Position numbers and translations under genes: made by a program. The notes under the pieces are model-generated. The model ran no database searches. It saw only the letters and a program-made list of their open reading frames with translations, and was not told the DNA's origin. DNA of 60,000 nt from Malacoraja senta (Eukaryota). Below, piece after piece: positions 10,201 through 22,200 of this stretch. Within the stretch, counting starts at the first letter, position 1. Every line of letters starts with the position of its first letter. The DNA lies in contig CM075989.1 in assembly GCA_038087875.1 (NCBI GenBank), forward strand, positions 13,208,001-13,268,000. Reading direction: 5' to 3'.

Positions 10201-13200
10201 ATGGGAAAAGATGCTTTCTCCTGAGTAGTTCTTTGATCAGATAAGATCGGCATTAAAATGCCATACTTGCTTATGGACATCTGGTTTGTGTATGGGGGGG
10301 GTGGCACTCAGATCCTCACACCTGCCTCTGTGTACAGTAAGCTCCCGACTGATCTGATTGTACTCGCATGCCTTTATTCTCTTCACAAATCCATTAAACC
10401 ACCTGATCTGTCTACCATTAATAATCAAAGGAAAGACACTTAGTGCTGGAGTAACTCAGCGGGACAGGCTGCATCCCTGGAGAACATAAATAGGTGACGC
10501 CTCGGGTCGGAAACCTTATTCAGACTTTTGAAAACATCCTAAAAGGCCATTGAAAGTAGAGCTGAAAAACCCATGCTTCTGGCAATAGATATTGTCTTCT
10601 CTGTCTCAAATGGGAATTCCTTACTTTTAAATAGTTTTTCTTAGTTCTAGATTCTCCCAAAGATTAAATGTGTCCACCACACAAGATCTTGTCTGTTTCA
10701 TTTGAGTCCTTCCTTGCCTGACCAATCTCTAATAGATGTTATGGAATAGCATACCCTCTGCAACGTCGAGTTATGTACTGATCTAGGGCACAGGACATGA
10801 CTTGTGATCTGAATTGTCTGCATATTTTTTTTAAATTACTATTTACAAAAGCTGTAAGATTTAACTCTGATGTCTGTGGCTCTTCTTCTTCGTGTGGCGT
10901 GCACAGCCTAAAGTTGTTGGACAACTTGTTCTATTTGATCTTCCGTTTGTGCACGTCGAGTTGATTGCATTAGTCGAAACAGGGCGGACCACGTGAAGGT
11001 TGCAATCTTCCACCCCGTCTGTGGCTCTGAAAATGAGCGGGTGATGTTTTTCAGGAGACTGGGAATGTATGCTTTGAGAATGAGGTCCTTCACCTACTAA
11101 AGGTCCTGCGTCCAAGATCGTTAGTACTCTCTTTGTTAAATGCGGAGTTGGTATTAAATTCACTGACTTGCATTTTAGATGGATTTGGATTCTACACGAC
11201 TGTCTTGGAGTTGCTTTTTGCCTTAACTTCTTGAAGACCTTGAAGATGCCTCACTTTAAGGTAATGCGTGTGTTGTTCGGGAATATCCTGTTTTTTATTT
11301 AGATGGGCAAACTATATTTCTGTTGTAGAACTATCTGTTCATCATCTGATAATGCAAAATAAAGTGGATTTGAATCCTTATGGGAAATTCTGAAAACAAA
11401 AGTGGATTTTGGGAAGTCACTGAGGTATAACTTACTATTTGGATGCTGAAAATCATGAGAGCCCGTGCTGATTCTGAATAGTTGGTTGACTAGTCTCGTA
11501 AACAGGGACGAGCAGTGTGATGGCTTCAGGGGTCATGGACTTTGGAAAACCCTGTGAGGAAGTTGCTTCCCCCCATTAGCTGATTAAGCTGAATAGAACA
11601 TGTGGGGAAAGGGGAGCATTAAAAACAGACAAGTGAGGAAATGGAGCTTGTGGTAGGGGCAAGCTGAATGAATGTCAGTCATTCTGCGGGGTTTTTTTCT
11701 GGGACCATATGCGTAACCAATTTGGTTGATGGTCTAAAGAAAATGTTCACAAGATGGAAAACTAAATTAATCGGGGGTGGGGGGAGATATTCTCTTGCAG
11801 TTCCTTAGTCTGAGGGAATTACAATATATTTCTTGCTGCAGGCATTTAATAACTTTTGGTGTATACCTGCCAACTGGCTCCCTGAGGTGCAGCCATTAGA
11901 GCAGGGTGGAGTGGTGGGGGTAGAGTTGATGGGACTGTGGGGGAAATAGGCTGCGGCGGAAGTTATTGGGATTGTGATTGCTTGGTATTGGTGGGCTGAA
12001 GTGGCTTCAGCGCATTTGGAAGCCTGTAGCACAAAGGAACGTGTTTTTTGCTGGGTGCTAATCTTCTTCACTTGATTTCCAGTCCTGTGTCATCTTGCTG
12101 GGTCTCCTCCTCATCTATGATGTCTTCTTTGTTTTCATCACGCCACTCTTCATGCCGGTGAGTTTACTGCTCTAGCTTCCCGCAGTGCAATGCAGCCCAG
12201 TATCTACAGAGGGTGTTGAGTAATTGCCTAGCTTTTACACCCTTACCACTGTTAATGAAGCCAAGGGTCTAATTTGTTTTAAGTCTCAATTTGTGCAATT
12301 TGAGAATGTGAGCACATTGGTACCGTCACTCCAACAAGTTTCTCCATGTTGCAGAATCACGAGAGCATTATGGTTGAGGTCGCAACAGGATCTGGATCTG
12401 GCAGCGGTGAAAAGGTAAATTATAAACTAATATTTCAGTGATGGGTTAAGGCTGGTGCTTTGCTAACTAACCGTCAAGCTGGGATTGGGATTCCTTGTGC
12501 ACTAAATATCGGGTTTGATTCTAGACTACTGGAACCAACTTAATGGAACTTGCTGTTGCACCAGCGCCTCATAATGAAAAAGTAAGAACTTGTTTATCAA
12601 AGCTTAAATGTTACAGGGTAATTACTTTTTAATCTATCTATATATACATTACAAAAACTCTCATCTTGTTTGTAAGTTTGTTTGTAAATTGTGCATTGTA
12701 CCTATATTTGTGCAAAAACGGTACACGATAGAGCTACAATTTTTGGCCCAACTTACCATTGCCCTGTGATGTAAATGAAACCAATTTAGTTCAGATTGAT
12801 GGTATATTTTATCAGTTATTGACATTTTAAACTTTACAAAAAAACCACTGCCCATCAGCCGCGTTTGACGTCACAATGGGATCCCGAATTTCATTTACAT
12901 TAAAAAAAAAGCGTAGTTATTTATATTCTAAAACCTCCCCGTGATTTTCATTGGGGGGGGGTTCAATTTTTTTTTAAATCGTGATTTTCATTGTTGGGTG
13001 GGGGGGGGGGGGGGATAGGATAGGGCGGAAGTTTCATTTAAAAAAAAGACATCTCTATTTTCATTGTGGGGGGTAGGATAGAGGGGAGGTTTCATTTTTT
13101 AAAAGAAATTGCGATTTTCATTGTGGTGGGTGGGATAGGGGGGAGGGGAGGAGGATAGAGTGAGGGGAGGAGAGAGGGAGGGGAAGGTGGGGGAGGTGAG

Positions 13201-16200
13201 GAGGGAGAGGAGGAGGGAGAGGAGGAGGGGGAGGGAGAGGGGGATAGAGGGAGAGGTGGGGCGATATTGGGAGAGGAGGGGGATACTGGGAGAGGAGTGG
13301 GGATAGAGGAGGGAGAAGTGGGGGGTGGGATAGTTTGTAAGAGGTAGATTGTACCTATACTTGTGCAAAAATGGTACACCATAGCGCTACAATTTTGGCC
13401 CACCTTGCCATTGTCCTGTGATGTGCTGTAGCAAGTTTCGTTCAGATTGATGGTATATTTTACAAGCTGTTCACATTTTAAACTGCAAAAAACAATTTTA
13501 CAAAAATCACTTTTCCACTTGCCCTGCCCGTTACCGTGTACGACGTTACAATGACGTCACAATGGGATCCCGAATATCATTACAAAAAAACCTTGATTTT
13601 CATTGTGGGTGTGTGGGATAGGGGGAGGTGAGCAGGGGGGTAAAGGGAGAGGGCAGTGGGGGAGGTTAGGAGGGAGCGTGGGGTGGTTGGGATAGGGGGG
13701 AGGCGAGTAATGGGAGCAGGGGGATAGAGGGAGAGGAGAGGGAGGGGAGGGGGGGGGATAGAGGGATAGGAGTGGGGGAGGGGAGGAGGAGAGGGAAAAG
13801 AAGAGGGAGGGTGAAGAGGGGGAGGGAGTGCTGGGGATGAGGGGGAATGGAGGAGGATAGGGGTGGGCAGAGGGATGGCGAGGTAATGGAGATGGGAAGA
13901 GGGATGAGGGAAGGAAGCAGGAAGGTTGGTGGAGGGTGGGTAGAGAGGATAATGGAGGAGGGGAATAGGGGACTGAAGAGGGAGAGTGAGATGCGTTCAG
14001 ATTGATTTTATATTTTACAGGTTATTGCCATTTTGAACATAAAAATATCGCAGTCGCTCTCCCACTTGCCGGCTGAGTCTGCGCAGTTGGGGGAGGGTTG
14101 CCGTGACTCGCGTCACAACGGATACCCGTCAGCCGCGCCTGCGCAGTTGGGGGCTATGGGTCAGTGGTGGAATATTGCCTTGGGGGACAGCCCCAATGGG
14201 TCCACACTTGGTCTAGTTATTTTTAAAACTATCATTAGTTCTTGGCGAAACTGGCAGGCCAGTTCAATTGGCTCTGCCAGCTGGTTGTCTCTGAATCACT
14301 GGGGGCATACTGTTCCTGGTTGAGGAGATGTGGAGGTTGCCCATTGTCAGAGTAGAACAAATTGTGAACTGTTCAAATTTTCAGTGCTTTCGAAAAATAA
14401 CAGATGATGTGAGGAAATATGACCGTTGCATCTTCTTCCAATTGTATCTTTGTTTGTGGTTCAGTTAATGATCTTGACTGTGGCTGTTTTCTCTAGTTGC
14501 CTGTAGTTATCAGAGTGCCAAGATTGGTGCCGTCTGTTGCAACCTTGTGTGGAATTCCATTTTCTGTCCTGGGGTTTGGTGATATTATTGTACCAGGTGA
14601 GTAAATTCTGCACCCATGGAATGACTTTATGAGAACTGAGTGTTTGCAAATCTGTTGACTGCCATAGAATTTATTCTCTAAAGATTGTTTCCTCTGTATA
14701 AATGAGGACATTTGAATGTTGATATTTGATTTTTTTTGACAGGTAACAAGGTAAATATTTTATGTCATTTATGTGGGGGTTAAAAACAGAATGGCTGCTC
14801 CTGCACTGAAATTTCTGAAATCTGTAAATTCCCTCCCAATTTCCCTAAAAAAATCCCATTATCAACTTGAAAGATAAATTCTTATGTTGATAGAACAGCA
14901 ATTGCTTGATTTGGTGATAGATTTAGTTTAGTTTAGAGATACAGCGCGGAAACAGGCCCTTCGGCCCACCGGGTCCGCTCCGAACAGCAATCCCCGCACA
15001 TTGACACTATCCTACACACACTAGGGACAATTTTTACATTTACCATGCCAATTAACCTCCAAACCTGTACGTCTTTGGAGTGTGGGAGGAAACTGAAGAT
15101 CTCGGAGAAAACCCACGCAGGTCACGGGGAGAATGTACGAACTCCGTACAGACAGCACCCATAGGCGGGATCAAACCCGGGTCTCTGGCGCTGCATTTGC
15201 TGTAAAGCAGCAACTCTACAGCTGTGCGGATGGGTTTTTTCCAAATCAAATGGAGGTGATTAAGCCATAGTTGTGTAAAAAAGGAAATGTATTATGATTG
15301 TAGAATAAGAATCCAGTTGCTCTGAGGGGAGGTGCAGTGTGATTGTGCCAGGGTGGAGGTGGTGGGCAGGTGGATTTGGGAGTGCATCAAATTTATGGAA
15401 CCCGGCAGGTAGCGCTGAATATGTTGGCAGTTCAGGGAAGATTTGGATCGTAGATTTCAGGTGATGGAGTTGGAGACTTTCACAAATCCACTGAAATACT
15501 GCCCATTGAACTAAAGATTTGGCGTATGCCGTGCCTCAGTTCCACAGAGCTGAAAATAAGGAACAGTTCAAGCTACAAATGTGCAAGTTTAGCTGATTTC
15601 TGAATTGTGTGTGTATTGTGCAGGATGGTGAATTTCACTGCCAGTCATATTTTGCAGGATTATTGGTTGCTTATTGTCGAAGATTTGATGTGGTGACAAA
15701 CGGCTACAACATCTACTTCATTCTTTGTACAATAGGTAATGGAATTTTAATGAAATTAGTAAATGAGAAAATATTTTTATAGCTAATAATTGTCAGAAAA
15801 AAACAATTACATCATGAATAAGTTTTGTAAAGGATCGTATGATAACATTCCAGTCTTGTCTGAAATGTATATAAAATAGCACTCATCTCCTCAGGGAGAA
15901 TTGAGGAATTGCATACTGTTGTATTGATCTGGGTCTAAAGTATTTGCATGCAACGAAAGAGCCATTAAAATCACCTACAGTAAAATCTGTAGAATCTTGT
16001 CTATTAAATGGCTGTTATACTATTCCAAGCTGTTCTACCTTTGATAATGAATTACAGAGAATTGAGAAGCTGCGGTGTCTATATTATATGCCAAACCAGC
16101 CTCTGTCAAACTTTTCACAAAATTGTAGACAACGTGCAAGCAGGGAGAAGGTCATTTGTCCACCGTTCCCTTGCCAGCCAACCAAATCCAACCTTGGCCC

Positions 16201-19200
16201 CGCAGGTCACTGCCCTTCAGACATACATCCAAGTACTGCTTAAATGGGACAGCTCTGACTCCACCATGTTTTCAGACCATCTGTTCCAAACCACTACCCT
16301 CTCTGACATTGTATTGCTCACAAGCTGATCCTTCTACCAAGTGAAAACCAAAAAACGCAGATGCTCGGAATCTGAAATACCTTGGTACATGTGACAAATA
16401 TAGTTCCATACCATTCCATAAACAGAGTGCTGGAAATGTTCAGCGGGTCCATTAACCTTGGTAGGGAAAAAAACAATTTGTGTCGATTCTGAGACCTTTG
16501 GTTTAGTTCTGATGCTACCTGTCGTTCTACCAGTAACTAGTTCACTACTTCTGATAGTAGAAATAGATTCTTCCTATTTCTACTGAATGGCCCCTCGTAA
16601 TAGTACGCATCTCAATTATGCCTCGTGCCACCCCCCCCCTTCTCCAAAGAATGTAGTCCTGCCTTATAACTCGCAGTTCCTCATTGCTCCAATGTTCCAT
16701 TCTTGGCAATGTCCTTGGTTTCCTTTACAATCGCTACTTTGTAGTTGCATCTTTCCCACAAACAAGTGGCCAGAACAACAATTCTACCATAAACTTGGAC
16801 AAGGTTAATAAATGACAACATCCTGCATGACTTTTCAACAACATTGCTCACCTGTTCTGGAATTTATTGCAGAGAAGTAGTTCATGCATTTGAGGAGTTG
16901 TAAAAGTTCAAACAAATAAACAGTAAATGGGAGGGTATTGATTACTGGGCATACAGGGGGGGGGGGTCTCTATGCTGTGGATGGCCACCAGTGTTTTTCC
17001 CCATAGTGTTGAAGGGGAGGGAGTTCTAAGATTTGCACAGGTGTTTGATGGCTTTGTGCTACATTTCCAAGTGAAGATGGTGCTGTTTGGGGGGGGGGAC
17101 CTGCAGATAATGTTTCCATTCACTTACTGCCCTTGTTCTTGGTAGAGGTTTGCGGGTTTATGAGGTGTTGAGCATGTAACTGCACATGGAATACAAATCC
17201 CTTCAGTGCTGGCCGTGTTACTGAACAGCATTGCATATGTCAGGAGTGGGTCCGACATGTACACTCCATGCTACCAGTTGACTCCCAATTCCAACAGATT
17301 CTGAGACCGACTTAAAGGAATCTTTAACAATCTGCCATCTGTGTTCTCTGACTTGCGTGCCCAGTAATACAAAGCCTCATCTGTCTCACTGAGTAGATTG
17401 CTTAATGAAATGACTAAGATTTCTTCACTCTGGTCCTAATTTTTGGGTAGTAGCCGGTGAATATTGAACACCTGCCCATCAGATATTGCGACTGTGTATT
17501 AGGCCAAGGTCACCAGAGATCAGTACCAGGATGCAGGGATTGAAGTTCGGCAAAGAGCAATTTGATTCATCATATGCATTTAACTACTTTGAAAATGCAA
17601 AAATGTATCTATATTAATAAAATATCACTTGGTTTACCGCAAGACTCTGCATGTTAATGGACAAAGGTGTTTCTTGAGGTCAGGTGGGGCGGGTTAGTTA
17701 ACAACCAATGGCAGTGTGTGGTTGTTTAAGGGAAGCGCAGCACTTGCTAACTGGATGCTTTACATGAGTTTGGAATTTGGATCAAATCCCACTGACCTTT
17801 CACAGAGTGGATATGTTGGAAGTAATGAAGATCAGAGGAAGACAAACTGCTTTTCTGTCTATTCTGCAAGTTCTGAAATGGGAAGCAATATTTAATTATA
17901 ATTTTTTTTTCCAGCATATGCAGTAGGCATGATGTTGACATTTGTTGTTCTGATCGTTATGAAGATGGCACAGCCTGCTCTACTCTACCTTGTACCATGT
18001 ACTCTCATCACTTGCACTATAACGGCCATCACGAGGAAGGAATTAAGAATATTTTGGACGGGAAGTGATTATGAGGTTAGCAGAATTCATTAGCTCCTCT
18101 GTGTTTGAATAATTTATAATTAAACTTTTAAAAAGTGCTTGTCTGACTTTGTATGCCAATCTCAGTGTCTTCAAACATAAACGCAATAAGCACATAGTAA
18201 ATAGTGCTGTATAATACTGCAATATGAATAGTAAAAATAGGCATATATTGGTAATACATTTGTGGCTAGTCATTAAAGTATATTTAGGACTGGCCACAAA
18301 TGTATTGCCAATGTATGGCTATTTTTACTATTTATATTGCAGCATGTCTGATCGTTATAAAAATGAACCGCAGATGCTGGTTTATACCAAAGATTGACAC
18401 ACGGTGCTGGAGTAACTTGGCAGGTCAGGCAGCATCTCTGGAGAAAATGGATAGATGATGTTTTGAATCAGGACCCTTCTACATACGGAAGAACAATCCT
18501 GACCTGAAATGTTGCCTGTCCAATTTCATCAGATGTCTGATCGTTAGCTTGATAAAGAACTTTAGACACTGTGTATATACATTTTAAATTTTTCCATTAT
18601 GCAAAGGACATTATGATAAGTGTCATTTTGATCATGTAGCCCTTTGTGAGCTATTTTTACATGTCACCAGCTAAAGATGGTAAAACTCTTCAGACTTGAA
18701 AAAAAGATGTTCTTCAAATCTCCACATTCCACAATGGTGACTAATTTAGTGGTGGCCAGTATTTATGTTTTTAAAGTGTAGTGGCAGATAATTTGATAAG
18801 CACAAGGGTCTATCTTTGAATGCCGGTCAAACTGATGGGTTTGTTAAGTTGCCGGGATATGATTTTAATTAGAAGGCTTCAGTCCAAATAAATGTTATGT
18901 AGCTTGTGATTATATTATTGGACTGGGGATGTAGTCCAGTTCATCAAGATATGTGGAATTAAAAATCTTGCATCGATATTGGCAATAAAAAAAAAAAATC
19001 ACTAATATTCTATGGGGAATGTGCTGTGTGCATGCTGACCTTTGATATGGATCTGGAGTCACAACACGATTGATTCTTGAAGTAACAAGCCAGTCAAGTT
19101 CAGACAAATTTGGAGCAAGAATGGCAATGAGAATGCAGTTTTTTCACTTCCGATGTTGACACTTGTAAGGGTGGCTGTTTTTGTAATGTTATTGCTCTAT

Positions 19201-22200
19201 TGGTGCTGAATAATTTAAATTATTTGTTCGGTCTGTAATCAACACAGGGTAGAACAAACATTGCACTGGAAATGATGTGTCACAGATTTGAGTTCATAGC
19301 TTGGAGCTAAGGATGTAGCTTGTGTTTCTAAATGGGGAATGATGTATTAGAGGGTGTGGGAGATTGCAACCTTCACGTAGTCTGCCCTGTTTCGACGAAT
19401 GCAATCAACCCGGCGTGCACAATCAAATAAGATCAAATAGAACAAGTTGTCCTACAACTTTAGGTTGAGCACACCATATGCAAGAAGAAGATGATGTATT
19501 AGAGCACGATTGCCATGTTTAGTGACCACAAACTTAATGTAATCAGCCTCTCTAGGTCTTCGACATCACCAGGGAACCATTATTCCAAGGTAGGACACAA
19601 GGAAATGTTTTATTTGTCGGGGGCTTGTCTCTCATCAATTCCTTAATTCCAGTTGTGTCTTTCTGTTGTTACTTTCTCTTTTTCCTTCTGGTGCACTATT
19701 CCAAATTCCATTTTGCCTAAAAAAAAAACATGCTGCTGGTCATTTTGAACAGTGTGACAAATATTTACATTTGGGGGAAATGAAAGCTGCTTGGAAATCA
19801 AATCTTTAAGCTTTAATGTTTGTTGTAACTGTGATTATTGACTTTGTTCTTATCAAATTAATGATTTTTGTTGAGATGTCTGTCTTGAAACAGCAACTGG
19901 TGATCAAATGTAATCAACTAAAGCAACTCGGTCTCCCACAATTCCCATGTGCTGTCTAGAGCAATAAAAATAAGCCTTCCTTATGATGTGATGGACTTCA
20001 GTAGGCAAACAACATATGACTGGATGTCTTGCAAATTTCTGTGGGTGATGGATCTGGGACCATTTGTGATGGTGCAGCTTGCTGGGATTGGGGCTGTCAT
20101 GGCTGGTCACACCTCAGGCAGGTGATCTTTGCATAGTTGTCAGTAGGGTGACAGTGTGGCGGTGCGCAGCCTTGCTCTGACAATGTGCTGCTTATCATCC
20201 AAGTGCTGAAAGGTTTGCTTTAGTTTATTCTGATCTGGTGATTTGTTTCAGTCCAGAAGAAAGCAAAGCTTATTTCACAATTATATTGGACAACAATTTC
20301 ACATCCTTAGGTCTGACATTTAAATTTAAACCGCACTACTGTGGTTGGGCTACCCTTGGAGGAAGGGTCCTGGAGTGATCGCGTGGACAGTCGGTCTCAG
20401 TCTACCTCAATTCAAAGCAATCTAGGAATGTTTTTAATGGCCACTTTTCCTGAAGCCAGTCTTTCCACACATGTAACTTGCAGCTGTGAGACTGAAATGT
20501 GAAGTCACTACTTGCCTGCCAACCACACCTGCACATAGCAATCCTGCATCACTTTCAAGCAATTTGCCTTCAATACAGCTTCAGCTGTGCTCAAACAACC
20601 TCGTCCACTCGCCATTAATATTTGGTCACATTTATGAATGTTTGTGCTATACATAGGTTTTACAAGGCTTCAATCCCACTAGTACTCAGACTGACAAGTT
20701 TCCTCGAGCTCAGCAGGTGCTTTATGGTGAGGAATCTATTTATCCAATTTGCATTACAAACACGCTGTTTGGGGAGGTCCAGTGCCAGAGAGTTTCAGGA
20801 TTAAATTCCATCCGCCATTGCTCTGCCTATTCCTATCAAGTAATCATTATCATCCCCCAGTCCAGGACTATCTTCGCTATCAACACCGCCAACAATGATT
20901 GTCACATCTGTGAGCCTCCATCTGTCAGGGCCCCAGCAGTTTCCTCCCGTGCTTCCCATAACAGTCGGATATATCTCATCAAGTCCTAGGGATTTATCCA
21001 CTGTTAAACCTGCTAAGATATCTAATATCCCCTCTGTTTTAATTATATTGTGTTCAATAATTTAATTGTTTTACTCTCACCCCTCCCTCAATCCGCCATG
21101 AACAGTGTTCTTGGTGACTGGAGGGGTAATAATTTAAGACTTCAAGTCCTCTGGCTCCATGCACAGCTTTCCCCTTTGGTCCCCAATGAACCCCATTCTT
21201 TCCCTGGTTATTCTGTTATCCTTAAGGGCCTGTCCCACGTAGGCGACTTTTTAGGCGAGTGCAGGAGACTCTGCGCTCGCCACATGGTCGGCACATGTTC
21301 GCTGGTGGTCTCTGGTGAACCTTCCTGTTCATCGCGATGTGTCTGTATCACCTTGGCTTTGCACCTTGTGAATTTCAGACAGCGCTCCCCCGCTTTACCC
21401 GCCTTTGCGATGTGTTTGTGTGCGTGTTCCACTCTGACAGACGCCGTTCCAGTTCCCGGTTTTACAGGCGAGTGCCGCGAACTTGACAGTCGCCGGCAGT
21501 CCGCTGAAAAATCGCATGTGGGTCAGGCCCTTTAATGATTTGGCATTTTCTTTAATCTGGTGTGCCATGATATTTTGTGCCTCCTATTTGACATAAATGT
21601 CTTTAAGTACCTCCCCCGTTCCCCCAAACTTTCTATACACCTGACGGGCATTCTTTATTTCAATTTCTCATCACGTGACATCTGCTTCCCTTTTTTCCCC
21701 TTCATGCAAGTCATGTTTTCCCTTGACATCCAAGGTTCCTTGGACTTGCTGTCCTTAACTTTCACCTTTATAGGAACACGTCCACCTGAAATCATTAACT
21801 CCCACTTGTGGGATGTCACTTTCCCTGCAGGCTCTTTTTACCATCCGAGCTACAGTGGCTTGCAAAAGTTTTCATACCCCTTGAACTTTTCCACATTTTG
21901 TCACGTTACAACCACAAACGTAAATGTATTTTATTGGGATTTTATGTGATAGACCAACACAAAGTGGCACATAATTGTGAAGTGGAAGGAAAATGATATA
22001 TGGTTTTCAAATTTTTTTACAAATAAAAAACTGAAAAGTGTGGCGTGCAAAAGTATTCAGCCCCCCTGAGTCAATACTTTGTAGAACCACCTTTCGCTGC
22101 AATTACAGCTGCAAGTCTTTTGGGGTATGTCTCTACCAGCTTTGCACATCTAGAGACTGAAATTTTTGCCCATTCTTCTTTGCAAAATAGCTCAAGCTCA

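Noticed and set aside
11179..11205. WILHD instead of the mammalian WILQD in SPPL2A exon 9
   Set aside because: This position varies among SPP/SPPL paralogues and is not catalytic.
13092..13403. Pro/Ser-rich ORFs
   Set aside because: Translation of low-complexity G/A tracts inside the Helitron.
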